A stretch of 61,649 nt of DNA, counting the filler, from Bipalium vagum (Eukaryota): NCBI GenBank assembly GCA_037834085.1. It is 3 parts of 3 records of this genome, joined end to end, with 100 filler letters (N's around TTAATTAATTAA, not from the genome) between each part and the next. Parts side by side here need not be neighbours in the genome. Positions count along the whole stretch, not along the records: positions 1 to 19,518 come from JBBMKC010001295.1; positions 19,619 to 40,226 come from JBBMKC010249493.1; 1 more part is not named here. The stretch is one strand, 5' to 3'. The notes beneath the pieces were generated by a model. That model did no database searches and was not told where the DNA came from. It saw only the letters and a program-made list of their open reading frames with translations. The position numbers were made by a program, and so were the translations under genes. Of this stretch, positions 13,491-26,761 are shown piece after piece. Positions within the stretch are counted from its first letter, which is position 1. Every line of letters begins with the position of its first letter.

Positions 13491-14680
13491 TTAGGTGTTA
13501 TTAAAAAGGTAATGTATTTATTTTTAAACGACAGGGATTCAAAAAATCAGTCATCAACATAATATCCATTATTGGAAATCACTTTTTGCCATCTTTCAGG
13601 TAATTGCTGAATCCCGGAACGATAGAAAGATATTGGTTTTGACGCAAGATAATTCTTGACAAAATCTCGTATCTGGTCAACATTTTTAAACCGACATCCG
13701 GCTAATTCATGTTGCATTGAGCGAAACAGTTGAAATTCTGTAGGAACAAGGTCTGGAGAATAAGCCTCGTGAGGATAACTTCCCAGCCTAACTGTAAAAT
13801 CGGCATTGTCATGTAGCAGGACATCTTACGCGATCCTTGCCCGAAAAAATCTTTTTCTCGATTTGTTTAGCCAAATGTAGCAATTGTTTGCTATAACGTT
13901 CTGCATTAATGGTTTCACCAGCTTGGGGGAGGTCATAATGAATGGGTCCTTTGATATCCCACCAGATGCAAAGGAGTACTTTTTATTGAGAATATTTGTT
14001 TTAAAAACTCAAGTTGCTCGCATTCCAGAGTCCATCAACGAATGTTTGCGTTTTGGATTATTGGAATTAATCCATTTTTCATCTCTAGTGATGATTTTCC
14101 ACAAAAAGTTTTTTTTATTCGTCTATCAATAAGGGATGCGCATGTTGTTAATCGGCATAAAATATTGCTTTCGGAAAGTTCGTGCGAAATCCACTTTTCA
14201 GCCTTCTGAATTTTTCCCATGTGTACCCGTCTCCCAACAGTTCTTTGATTAACGGTAAGTTATTTAGCGAGTTCTGCTTGCGCCTGGGCTGTATTTTTAT
14301 TCAGCAGATTTTCCAATTTGGCTGATTCCAATATCAGTCGAGAACCACTACGTGGTCGATTGGTAACATCAAAATTTCCTTGTTTGAATCGACGATACCA
14401 GTATTTACATATTATTATTACCAAGAATGGAACATATTGATTTAAATGTCTGGGATGCATTTTTGCCTTGATCAAATTCATATCTTCTACAACACCGAAC
14501 GTACAATTTTGAAAACTGATATTTTGGTTTTTATAAAATAATTGTAAAATTAATATATTTATAAAATTTAATATATTGATTACCAATGTAAAATTTATTT
14601 TGATAATTTATTTATTTGATAATATTTGGATTAGTAAAACAACGATGAAAAAAAGGTTTAAAATTTATGTATACACCTAA
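13491..14680 (-). mobile_element. Near full-length degenerate mariner transposon
   Basis: TIR starts ttaggtgt / acacctaa+TA; WYRRFKQGNFDVTNRPRSG, KWISHELSE, DEKW, YSPDLVP, QLPERWQKVI. Confidence 0.9.
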
Positions 14681-16199
14681 TATATGAACAGTTCACTATC
14701 AAATGTTTGAAAATTGTTTACACATTTAATTGAATTTATTATTAATAATTAATTATTATTATTATTATTAATTGAAAAATTTGATTATCAAAATACTTAC
14801 CGAAGTTGTTTTTAAATTACAATGCTTTCAAGTTTTGAAAATATTAGCTTCTATTAAAGATGAATTGATTTTAATAATCAAAAAATATAATCAAGAAAAT
14901 TTTAATTGAAAGAGAAAATATAATAATATTATATGAAGTGTGTTACATTGATAATCAATTTATGATCAATTTCTATTTATTTTTTGAATATTTAATTGTT
15001 TAATTTACTTTTAGTAATTTCGTGATAATAATAATAAAGTTATAAATTCTTTACAAATATTAAGTATTGCAGAACACAAAATAAAATTACTGTAAATGTT
15101 CTTATTTAATTATTTTAGAGATATGAAATTAAATTAAAAAATACTTAAAATTTAAGGAGTTATTAGAAATTATTTTTAAAATGACATTATTATTATTAGA
15201 TTAAAATAACAATAAATATCGGAATAGTTAGTAGAAAATAGATACCAACTGTTTCTTTGTTTAATAATTCAAATATTTTCTTTATGCTCAAATTACGTTT
15301 GGTTACATTAATTAAAGAGTTATATGATTAATTAATAATTTTTTGCCATAAGATAATATAAGATAAGATAATGCAAAAGTGATAATAAACACAATTTTGT
15401 TTACAATAAAATTTGAAACTCAAAGTAACAACCAAATCTCTATCAATAAATGGAATGTTTAATTATCTTTTGTTTTCGTCATTTCGTCATTTTCAAAAGC
15501 AAAATTTAACCTAAAAAGGCAAAGTATAAATAAAAATTATAGGTTTAATTTTTATTTATAAAATATTATTTTATTATAATAAATTATCAAAAAATATATT
15601 CAATATTTATTCGTGAAGTTTAACGAGATATTTTAAAATGAAAATTTATTTGATAATAATATCGACTTAAATTAATATTAATAATGTAAAACAGCAAACG
15701 AAAATCGACTTCATTCAAATAATTTTTATTGTTACATACATTAAAATGATCAGGATATTGTTTACTTAATTATTTTATGGCGACTAGTGGTCAATTTGAT
15801 GAATACATTGTAATTAACTTTTTCCTTGGGGAATAGAATTTTTAATTATAAAACTTGAAATAGAAGAGAAACTTGGTTATGATCAACTTTGTTGGAGAAT
15901 ATAATCAATATATACAATTAAATTCAGCATGTTTATAGTCTTAACTTAGATTATTTTGATTCAAATTTTAAAACAATCATTAAAAGGTATAATTCATTTT
16001 GGTTAGCATAATTCAAATTTAATGAAAATTTAATATATCCTGTTTTCATTACCATTATCTATAATGTTAACTTGTTTCGATGTCAAAAAATGAAATTTTA
16101 AAATTGTTTGATTTATTGAAATCAAATTCATGCTTGCATGTTTGCCTCTCTCTTTAAGTTACCTTTGAACTAAAGACTGTGCATAAATTTCGTATACCA

Positions 16200-17330
16200 A
16201 TTTATTTCTTTGATATTTTAATGATTTTAGATATATTTTAATATTGCTTGAGGTGACATTCAGTTCTTCAATATCTTTGTTTGAAAGGATTCTCACAAGC
16301 AAGAAATAAAGAAAGTAATGAAGGAATATGTTTCTATTGCATTGATTAAAAAATGGTGGCAAACATATAAGGTGTGGGAAGTGATAGAAAGTATGGTTGC
16401 CCTGAAACAAAGTGTATAATTCTGAAAGAATCTCATGATGCTTCCTTATCAACTGTGGTTATAAGAGATTCAAGTTAGACGATACAAGTCCACAAGCAGG
16501 AGTTATTTGTCGAAGGGCTGAATAGTTATCATAAGGGTAAGATTAGTGAGTTAATTGAGTCACACATTAAATGGAGACTACACTTTGTCATTAAATTTTT
16601 AATGAAAGCACTCAATTTTGGTCCAGAGTAATTCAAATTGATGAGAAGCAGTGGATTCTCCATGATTCGAGAAAAAATCGATCTTGGCAGCGATACCGTG
16701 CTTTATGTCGTAAAGTTGTTCCAGGTATTCCTCAAATGCAATATGTCAGCAAATTGCACATTTATGGAATCAAAAGGAAAGTCAAACCTTATTTTTATCA
16801 AAGGAAGTATCAATCAGACGTCAATGATATACGTTATGTTCCAACAGAAATCGATGATGTTTGATTTATTGAAAGAATTAGGAGACATTTAATTAATTCT
16901 GCTTGTAAACAGTCTATGCCAACAACAGCTCATGTTACTGTGTCATTTGCAGTGATAAAGAAGAGATTGAAATTGAAATGTGGTCAGAAGATTTGGCTGA
17001 CAATTCTCTGATATGTTTGTTTGCTTTTTTGTTAAATAAATTGTGTTTATTTTAACACATGTGAATGGTCAGTTATAAGACATGCATTTGTAAACTTGGG
17101 GAATGAATTTTAGTTCAGATGTACTTAAAATTTTTAGATTATACCAAGATTATACCAATTAAACGAATTTGTTAACGAAGCTTATGAACAGACCTAGCTT
17201 ATCACTTTTTATAACTTATTGCTTTTCTCAACATATCGACTATTGAAATGTTTTTTGTGTCTTCTGTGACAGTCGAGTTTTCTTAAATTCTTAAAGAAAT
17301 TTTTCCAACCCATTTGCCATTTTTATAATC
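16200..17330 (-). mobile_element. Highly decayed Penelope-like retroelement remnant
   Basis: Weak motifs LLTTFQFQ, YIIDV and RFFLESWRI resemble PLE RT and GIY-YIG segments; boundaries approximate. Confidence 0.3.
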
Positions 17331-17538
17331 ATGCATATAAAGTTTAAAAAATATCGTCAATTTTTAATTCTGTCAATTCAAAAATCGAAAAGTTTAAACC
17401 AGAAAAAACAAAATTTTAAAATGATATTAATTTTTTGAAAATTTATCTTTTTTTAAAATAAATCGATTTTAAGACAATTTTGCATATTTTTTAATGACTT
17501 TCTCTTTTTTCTGTATAACGAAACTATTTGGAATTTAG

Positions 17539-17887
17539 ATATTTAGGAACCTCACAGTGTCCAAAGCTTGAAGATGTTCCGATATTAGAACCAATTGTTT
17601 CGAAACATGTTTCTAATGACCGCCTCACCGACTTAGTTTTCAGAGAAGAAGCAGTTTTGTGTACAAGTCAGCAAGGAACAATTTATGTTTGGACAAGACC
17701 AGGATACACTGTGATCAAAACCATTTGTAATAACACAGAAATCGACGGTAAATCGTCAGTGTCTCTAAATTCTCTCAATCAAACTGTTAATCTGGGTAAC
17801 AGTAGTTCATCTTGGTTGCAAAGAAATTCCAGTCTGAAAATCAATAGAACTTTGCAAAAAGGTGGTCCAACAGGAACAATTTTTTAA
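17539..17887 (+). CDS. WDR20: WDR20 exon 6 (last)
   Basis: LGTSQCPKLEDVPILEPIVSKHVSNDRLTDLVFREE...IYVWTRPG is the WDR20 C-terminal motif; TAA at 17885-17887. Confidence 0.9.
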
Positions 17888-18161
17888 TATTTATCTGTTT
17901 CAAAGAAAACCTGATCGTTGAAAAAAAAGAAAAACTGAAGAAAACGAGGCGCGTGAACACATCGATTTCAATGACATTGATTGAACTCTCTCTCTATCCA
18001 TTTTACAGATTTGAAAATGTATTACCACAATTCGGTGTTATTTGTGATTTATAAATTTAGTGATCTGGTTGTAAGCGATAACCTATTTCGAGATTTTCTT
18101 AAAAAGAGGAACAATTCTAACCAATTTATAGTTTTTGAAACATTTTCTATGGAATACAATG

Positions 18162-18167
18162 AATAAA
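18162..18167 (+). terminator. Putative polyadenylation signal of WDR20
   Basis: AATAAA about 275 nt after the stop, followed by T-rich sequence. Confidence 0.45.
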
Positions 18168-18999
18168 ACTTTAGTTTCTTTTAAATTTGTTATTTTTATT
18201 TTTAAAAATTTTTTTAAACTACAATTTATGGACTGGATAAAGATTTGTAGGTTTTAGAATGCTTGGTTTGTTTGAATTACTGGAATGAGAAAAAAAATTA
18301 GGTCATGTGATAATTATACAATTTTACTTATCACATTAATTTAATGGCAATCAAAAAAATTATTTTTTGTATGTGTTATAACTTCAATTTTTAAATTTAT
18401 CTAAAATTAACCATAATTAAAAAGAATTACAAGGGGATCAGTGAAAACATCAAACTTGTTCTATTATATGAACCAAATTAATTTTTAATCTAACAATAAA
18501 ATATTCTATTTATTAGGATTTGGTTGCTATTATAATTTCTGTAAGTGTGTACCCTAGGTTTACATTTCTGAGATTTTATTATTAAAACTTATATTGATTT
18601 CGCCATATAAATAGATTCATGCACAGTGTAAATAAGTTTTATCATTATAATCATTTACTTAAAAACTTGATTTTTTTTCAAATCATACTACCTTAAAGTA
18701 TATAGAATAGGGATGTAAATAAATTATAAAAGACGATCAGATTAACTAGTTATCGCATTAAAACCGTGCACATGAAAATGAGAAATAAAAAATGGCAAAA
18801 AAGTTTTTCAAAAAAAGATTGAAAACCAAGGAAAATGTTCCTTCTTTTGTTTCACTGTAATGTTTTTTAATCACCATTTTTAAAAAAATTATATTCCCTC
18901 TTAAATCCTTTTACACAGATATCCGATATACGAAAGTGCTTCTCCTAGATCTTACAAGCGGGTTGGAAGTGGATCATTTTTAAAAAGCAGTACAAGAGG

Positions 19000-19170
19000 A
19001 GATTTGCAGTGCGGGATTTGCACTATTTACTTAAAAATTATGACCTAAAGTGTTCAAGAAACATTTAAAACGTAAAAATAATTAGTCAGTAAAAACAAAT
19101 GGTTTAAAAGATTCAATTCAGGTAATACGGATCTTAATGATGAGTCAAGTTCTGGAAGACCCTCAACAGC
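19000..19170 (+). mobile_element. Mariner transposase N-terminal fragment
   Basis: KWFKRFNSGNTDLNDESSSGRPST helix-turn-helix linker motif. Confidence 0.6.
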
Positions 19171-19518
19171 AATTTTAATTAATTTTAAATTTGTTACGAT
19201 ATTATTTCACTTTAAACACTATCGTAACACAGCTCGCAAAGTTCACTGACCCCTTCACTTTTGTCAATACGTGTATGCAAATGAATGAATCAAACAACTA
19301 CAAAAAACAAGCTAAAATAACAACAACAGACAGTAACAAAATGTTTCAAATAATCAATAAAATGTGTGCAATCAATCACACTAAAAGTCAACATCAATAA
19401 TAATCAATCAAACTAAAATCAAATAATTTTTGTAATACATGCTTTTCTTTATATAAAACTGATTTAAATTTTTAATGACAAAATTAAAATAACATTGTAT
19501 TTAACGTTCAAATTTATT

Positions 19519-19618
19519 NNNNNNNNNNNNNNNNNNNNNNNNNNNNNNNNNNNNNNNNNNNNTTAATTAATTAANNNNNNNNNNNNNNNNNNNNNNNNNN
19601 NNNNNNNNNNNNNNNNNN
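19519..19618. other. Assembly gap with TTAATTAATTAA six-frame stop linker
   Basis: 44 N + ttaattaattaa + 44 N. Confidence 0.97.
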
Positions 19619-19637
19619 AATAATAATAATAATAATA

Positions 19638-19692
<55 letters not shown>
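19619..19692 (+). repeat. (AAT)n microsatellite at contig edge
   Basis: Perfect aat run. Confidence 0.95.
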
Positions 19693-19695
<3 letters not shown>

Positions 19696-20533
19696 GGAAA
19701 TATTTTTCATTGAGATAAGATAAGTCTGAAATTAGAGAACAATTGATAAAAATTGTTATTTTGAATGAAAAGGGAGTTGAGGTCCTGGAATTAGAAATTT
19801 GTTAACGATTGAGTAGTAGGCTGGCTAATATAAAAAGATATAGAGTCCTCTATAGACTGCCAGATAGTGGAATTGGTGTTTCAGAGATTTTGGTATTATT
19901 TAGAATTTTTATTGTCAAATGCTCGGAAAATTTTTATTTCAGAGGTTTGAATGTAATTACTACCAAAAAAATGCAAGATTTTTAGTGTTGGGTCCTGTCC
20001 TGCTCGGTCATCTATAGACTGGGACTCACCGACAGGGTTTGATGAGTGGTCCTTTTTATATATTTTTTTCTCAATGAACATTTATCCGAAAAGCTTGATT
20101 ATTGCTTAATTTGATTTTGAATAACTTGGTTTTAAATAGTTCATAAATAAATAGTTTTGGAGAATTCGATTAGTTATATTGACAATAATTGTGTATATTG
20201 TTATTTTCCAATTCAAATATTGTAATAATTGTTTTATTTCAATTTAACGTTTGATACATTTTGATGACCCGAGAGTTATTACTCATTGGCATACAGATTG
20301 GTTTTTTTTAATAGAAAATTAAAGTTTATTGTGATTTCTTTGATTCATTATGAAAAGTGTACGTCAGAAACATAAGTGATAGGGTCAGTAAATCGTAAGC
20401 TCAAAGTTATATAGAATTAACATTTGTAAGATCGTCTTAAAAGGGGTATTTTCGTAAAATTTGAGACTTATTAAAAATGTGTTCTATATATATTAGAATG
20501 AAACTGAATAATATTTCTGATCTTTTCTTTCAG

Positions 20534-20749
20534 AATCACCAAAAAAAATAGCATGGTATGATAACCATGGTCAGACCGATACATCAATTTTTGATTATGT
20601 TGATTTCATCATCAATGAACCATGTTTAACTCTTAAAATAACATACGAACAAGTTCCATTGGATTTAACAAAACTGGAATACCACATCAGATCAAAAATC
20701 AAAACTACAAAATGCTCAGATGAAAATTCAGCAGTATGTGAACTTCAAA
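20534..20749 (+). CDS. C-type lectin-like/Sushi/TM receptor, first visible exon (5'-partial); model join(<20534..20749,23015..23230,27823..28047,29238..29522,31351..31596,31711..31961)
   Basis: Stop-free phase 1-1 exon with strong acceptor (ttttctttcag): IAWYD...EPCLTL...TTKCSDENSAVCELQ, resembling a CTL C-terminal half; missed by the ORF track. Confidence 0.65.
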
Positions 20750-20872
20750 GTAAAAAGAAATATTTGAAAAGTCAATTTTATCTTGTTAATATCAAGAATG
20801 TTTTTAATATTTATTATATTACATATTTTAATATATAATATCTAATTTTATACTAAAAGGAATATATAAATA

Positions 20873-21812
20873 TAGGGTGTGGCCTATATGTATTGAGTCT
20901 ATAGTAGGAAACAAGAAATGATCACAAAACAATTTTGTATTGATAACAGTGAATATGTACAAGTAATTATTTTTCAAAGAAGTTCCCAGAAACGTCAACA
21001 CATTTTTTCTAGCGAGTGACAAGTGCGAGAAGACATTTTTGAAGAAATCGACAGATTTGTCGTTCAGATAATCGGTAAGAATCACGCTATTAGCATCCCA
21101 AAAATGGAAAGCATTAAGGTATTTTTGTGTGATGATATCTTAATCTTTCTTGAAATGGTCTAACCTGGAAGTTTCCATTTTTTTTATTCCCTTCTAGACT
21201 CCGAAATATAGAGAGATAGAGGCGGATCATCCATCGTGATGATGTTATCCAGTATGCGGTCCCCAACACGTTTTAAAGTTTCCAGATTCTGTTGACATGA
21301 CTCCAAACGGTGAGCTTGCTATCAGCAGTTAGAAAACGTGGTACGAATCGTGAGCACAACTTTCTGATGCCATTACTTGCCAATAATTACCTTTGCTAAC
21401 ATTTAGACGCACAGTGAGCTCTCTTGTGATTTTTTTTTCATTTTTAAAATTTATGTAGGTGTTCCGTGATTTTTCTACGTCCACTACGGAAGTTCTTCCA
21501 GCTTTAAATTCATTGTACCATCGTTTTGTTGTAGCCCATGAAGGACTTTGTTTAACGTAAACATCATCTAATTCCTTTTGAATTTCTTCTTGACTTTTTT
21601 TCTTGAAATAGAAGAAACGAATGGCGATCCAATATTGCACATTTTCTAAAGATATTTTAAAAAAACGCGATTTACCTGATAAACATAAAATAATATATTA
21701 AAACAAATATCTTACATTTACTTATAATATATTGCACTTTTCATAATTATAATATTTCAAAATTTACATTAACCTTTCAACATTACGGTCACTACTTATT
21801 TGGCACATCACG
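20873..21812 (-). mobile_element. Internally deleted mariner
   Basis: PSWATTKRWYNEFKAGRTSVVD, ARFVPRFLT and FWDANSVILTDYL fused to the C-terminal KKCVD segment. Confidence 0.8.
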
Positions 21813-22129
21813 TATATTCTGACAATTTCCTATCCATTATATTGTTCTAATTCTACATTGTTGTATACGTATATATTAAAGATGTATCATAATAATTAAT
21901 TTATTAAATAGTTTAAGTAATTAAATATTTTAAAAATTCTATTAAGCTAAATATGCATGAATATATATTTCAATTGATATTTTTTATAGGGGGTGAACAG
22001 ACTTTATACGAGAACTGTATATATGTATTATGTTTGTATGAAACTAACGTATTTTATATGATAATATTTTATAATTTTTAGAGTATTTTTATTCACTAAG
22101 ATAATTGCTGAAGGTTTTTGAGGAATAGC

Positions 22130-22770
22130 AACATTGGGTCTAGTGAGCTGCTCACATAACTTCTCTGCCGGGTAAAAGAAGTTCAATTTAGTAATGCATC
22201 AATAGTCCCACCAAATACTCAGCAACGCCCTCATTGGATGTTTGTTGGCCTTTGCAACTATTTCCTCGCTCTCATCTACTTTTTTCCAGGTTCTTTTGCG
22301 TAGACCGTTATTGTACAAAATCTACATTTCATCGTCTGTTACTAGCCTGTCGAAAAAACAGCTCGTTTTTATTTTGCTTTAATCGCAGGAAATAGCGAGA
22401 TTAATGCTTTTCAATTTATCCGCTTCCGATAAGTTATATGGAATCCACGTGTCGAGCTTGTATATATATATCCTAGATTTCTTAAATTGTGAAATGTGGT
22501 AAAAATATCAATACTCAGAGTTTTATTAAAATCCGTGAATTATTTCTTATTAAAGCACAAATCACATTTACTTCGATAACGGAGGGCCATCCAGAGGGGA
22601 AAATAATCTTCGAAGCTAAAGTCCTCATCATGAAATTTTGCAAACCGTATTTTAATGGTTCGGAGAGAAGAAACAGCATTTAATTAAATACTTTTTCACG
22701 TGACTCCAACGTTTATGTCCTTCCGGAATTCATATTGCATGTCATGCCGTAAATGCATTTTTTCGATGTT
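22130..22770 (-). mobile_element. Mariner fragment
   Basis: TWIPYNLSE, FDRLVTDDE, LLSIWWDY. Confidence 0.75.
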
Positions 22771-23014
22771 TATATCTTAAAATATCACTGAAATGTTAAA
22801 CGATAATTTAAACCAATTGTTATATTAAAATACCTCCTATTATAATATTGACATAATAACTTGATAGTTACAAAAATAGCTTGAGTGATCATATAGCAGA
22901 CAATGTCTCAAATCGCCAGAGCTTTTGTAATGATCTAATATATTTTGTTCTTTTAATATTATTTTTATTAAATTTTGTATTTTTATATTTATAAAAAAAT
23001 TTCTTTTGTTTTAG

Positions 23015-23230
23015 CTCCAAAGTGTCAGAAATCAACAATAACATATTTTGATACATCATCCATGGAACTATATCCTGATATCTCATATATGAATAATATT
23101 GTAAAAGTTCGGTGTAAAGAAGGATATTTTTCAAGAGAAGGCATAGAGTACAATGTCAAGTGCCAATTTCGAGGAATTAATGCTGAGCCTAGTTGGGAAA
23201 AATTAACATCTCCTGATTTAATATGCGAAA
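23015..23230 (+). CDS. Sushi/CCP domain exon 1 of receptor
   Basis: PKC...VKVRCKEGYF...VKCQ...PSW...ICE; phase 1-1, AG/GT. Confidence 0.85.
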
Positions 23231-24269
23231 GTAATTTTATTTATTTAATAGATTCTTCTAAAGGAATAAGATATTATTCTCGCTTATTAAAAAAATAGAT
23301 TTTTGTTTAATATTGTGAGATTCAATAGAACTCAACTGTTTAGAAAAAGAGATATCCTTTTCTTTTATTATTTTGATAATTAACTTCTCAAAAATCAAAA
23401 TAAATTCAATTACGACTCATAATTTATGAGGTAATTAAATATCAACAATTATTTGTTAATTTTTAATTATCTAAAATTCCACTTCTTTATGAAAATACGG
23501 TAACTTCTCTACATTTCTTTCAAATTACCAACCTTGGCTGTCTCTCAGACGATAACGCCTATCATGAATTTTGTCCGGAATTTCAATTTTTTCTGATTTT
23601 CCGTTTTCTGTTCCATTTTTACAATGATTTGTTCTTTAATTTTAAACAGTTTTTGAGTAGTATCTAGTACCCGTTAGATGATTTTATCTGTGAATCTTTT
23701 TAAAGATATGCTGATAGTTATTTTATGCAAATTTTTTTTCTAAAAACTTTTCTGTTGGAGAACCTCAAAAAGACCTTAGGTAAGTGTCATTTATCGTAAA
23801 CTTAACCTCTTGAAATCTAGTATCCAAAATTCTAGATTTTTTTTCAAGATCTGCAGCAAGCAGTCCCGTTACAGTCTTGGTCTTATCGTTCACCAAACCT
23901 GACATCAAATGATCATTGGTTTTGGGGTTTATTGAATGTAAGGGCTTTCCATTACAAAACATAACAAAAAATATTATGGAACTGGAAAACCGAATAAAAG
24001 ACAAACGCTGCCGTTTTACTCACAAAGAGCTACAAACGGCAATATTGTTCTTTCCACGAAGAGTTGATTTGATTCTTTAAGATGAAGAAAAACATTTTGA
24101 GAAAATCTTATAGAAAAAATTTGGTACTTGTCTTATTAAATACATCTTTTGTCTATTTTATTCATCGTTTACTTTATTTTTTGGTTTTGGAACAACCTAT
24201 TTATTTTTCCACTTCATGTGTCTTTATTCGATCAAATATTAATAGCTCTGATTTCTGAAATTTCATCAC

Positions 24270-25000
24270 CATCTCATTAGATCCAGTTGTAGATTTCTTT
24301 ACGAAACGAGTGGCATTTTTCTGGATTGAGCCGCAGACCTGCTTTTTGAATTTTACTCATCACTCTCTCCAATACTTCATAAAGAGTTTCTTTATCAAGA
24401 GTGAAAATCAGAATGTCTTCTAAATATGTCATTGTTCCATGAATACCAACTAGGGCATTCACCATGAGTTTTCGAAACGTCCCTGATGCCGCAGCTCTGC
24501 CAAAAGATATTCTATTGAAATAATATTGATCATCCTTGGTTGCAAATGCAGGCTTCTCCTGTAAACTTTCCTCTAATTTTACATCATAATAAGCTTTCAG
24601 TGGTCTACTGATGTAAAATATTTGACATCTTTCCGAAAATCAAGCATTTCCTCGATGTTCGACATCGGAAAAATTGTTTTGATTGTAATAGTATTTAATT
24701 ATTCGAAGTCCAAACCAAATCGTATCTATTTCTTGTCGTTATTCCAAATAGTCACCATTGGTGAGTTCCAAAGAGAGTTGCAACATTTGATAATATTGGT
24801 TTCCAAAAAAATTCTGAATCGCCTAGTTAATCTGTTTTTCTAGATCTAGAGGTTGACGATATGGCTTAACAAGAATCTGATCTCCATTTATCAAAATCTT
24901 TTGTTTGACTTACCTTTTGCATCAAACCTACAACATATTAATTTAATTAAATTCTTCGAAATGCCAATTTTGGAGGTTGTCATACGTTAGAAGACATATA
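24270..25000 (-). mobile_element. Ty3/gypsy-like reverse transcriptase remnant
   Basis: RISFGRAAASGTFRKLM...YLEDILIF...LERVMSKIQKAGLRLNPEKCH. Confidence 0.75.
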
Positions 25001-25689
25001 CTGCGAATGAAGGTCCTTGTGAAGGTATTATGAAATAAACCTATATATTTTATATCTTGAAACTTGAAAATAAAGTTCGTAACACTTGTACTTCATATCT
25101 AGTCCGGTTATTTATCTCACTCACAATGTATGTTCCTTTAAACAAATATTAGATGATGTTGAACTTGCTTTTAACTCAAATACAGATTTTCCTTTAAGAT
25201 AACATCAATCTAAATATGTTTATTTACGCCACAATTCAAAACCCGTTTTATAATTAATTTGACACACAATTCTGTCTTCATTGAAAATCTGTTGGAATAA
25301 ATTTTGATATAGAATGACTATTTGTTAATTTAGCTTCATTTATTTAAAATGTTCTTCTAGCGATCCCAAGGAAAATTTCCATTTTTATTTTATTTTTTTT
25401 AAATAAAATTTAACATTTTCCTCATTTTTTAAGATAAAACTAGTACATTTTTCATACAGTACATATCATTACTCTCAATACTTTCATTTGTCCTTTTAAT
25501 ACTTTTTACATTCATACCTTTTTAATACAAATTTTCCCGCTATTCATATTTTTTCACACTTCATAGTTTCATTCGTAGTTTTATTAGTTGTAATTTTTGA
25601 AGAAATTTAATTTTTTATATTTGATATTTTTTAAGAAGGGGTTAAGAAATGTAAAAAATAGGATCTACATTTCATATTACTGTCATATT

Positions 25690-25985
25690 GATATTATTGA
25701 AAGTATAATAGTGCTCCACTAAGCAAATTCCAAAGTGAAGAATTTTTTCTAGAGACCAAAGATAATTGTTTTGTGGTTTATGACGGCCATAATTAATTAA
25801 AATTCTCATAGAACTGAAGAAAGTATCACTATAGAATGTTACTCTTATCAACTCGACATGTTCCATGAAAAACTGAAGGAAAAATGTCTAGCATTAATGA
25901 ATCATGACAGCCGTTTGTTTTTGCACGATAATGCTTTGGATTATGTCTCCAAAATAATGGTCCAAAAATTTCAGGAACTATATTA
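25690..25985 (+). mobile_element. Mariner transposase fragment
   Basis: ITIECYSYQLDMFHEKLKEKCLALMNHDSRLFLHDNA. Confidence 0.65.
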
Positions 25986-26169
25986 AGAAACTTTACCTCT
26001 TTTTCTGCTGATTCCAAATTTTGACTTGTAAATAAAATAAATAAGGAAAATAAATAAGAAAAAAGCTTATTTCAATTTTAAAAAGTGCTAATTTTTTTTT
26101 AATATAAAATTAAATAAATATTAAAAAAACATTGTTTAAGAAAATTAAATTAAGGAAATTATTTTTTGC

Positions 26170-26195
26170 GATTACACAACTTTAGAGTATATAAA
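26170..26195 (+). promoter_or_regulatory. UBL core promoter: ATTACACAAC (C/EBP-like) plus TATATAAA
   Basis: Both motifs are conserved at the same spacing upstream of all four UBL copies; TATA begins 38 nt before the ATG. Confidence 0.6.
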
Positions 26196-26225
26196 GACAT
26201 ACATTGAAGATAAAAGTATCAAAAT

Positions 26226-26456
26226 ATGAAGATTACTGTATTTTATGAAGATAAATCCTTCTCAATGGACGCTCATGAAAATGAGACAATTTCTCAGCTA
26301 AAAGAGAAACTAGGAAGTCAAGAAAACTTAAGTTTTGAACATTATCAAATGTTGTTTGAGAAGAAAAAATTGGAAGAAAATAAAACTCTCCGATTTTATA
26401 AGATCAAATGTGGATCTGTATTTCTCCTGGTACCTTTTCTGAAAGGTGGATATTAA
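26226..26456 (+). CDS. Divergent ubiquitin-like protein, copy 1 (76 aa, ends LKGG-Y), nested in receptor intron
   Basis: 23/76 identities to ubiquitin by hand alignment; di-Gly; TATA box upstream and AATAAA at 26461. Confidence 0.88.
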   Translation: MKITVFYEDKSFSMDAHENETISQLKEKLGSQENLSFEHYQMLFEKKKLEENKTLRFYKIKCGSVFLLVPFLKGGY

Positions 26457-26761
26457 TGTAAATAAACTTTAGTTCACTAATTTTCTTATCGTTTCGATAT
26501 TTACTTCACTAATCAATTAACGTTTCATTTAGTAAAACTTTGTTATCCCTTATTTTCTTTGTTATCAGTAGTATAAGGTAATATTTTTTAATTTAATTTT
26601 ACTTTTCTTTTTTATAATTTGGAGTTGTATACAACGTACACTGCAACCAAAATCTTTTTTCCTTTTTTTAAAAGCAAAATAAGTTTGATCTCTTAATTAA
26701 TTTTCCTTCTGAATTTCAGTAAAAGGGTAATCAACTATTTCAAGTACAATCTATGGCTATG

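Noticed and set aside
19563-19574. TTAATTAATTAA palindromic motif (also 40271-40282)
   Set aside because: Identical, centred in fixed-length N runs and giving stops in all six frames: an assembly linker.
23765-24004. Small ORF with a signal-peptide-like N-terminus
   Set aside because: Non-ATG start, lies in gypsy-derived debris, and has no splice or promoter support.
26226-26456. Calling the UBL copies ubiquitin/NEDD8 retropseudogenes
   Set aside because: Only ~30% identity to ubiquitin yet four intact ORFs with conserved promoters and no polyA tails or TSDs.
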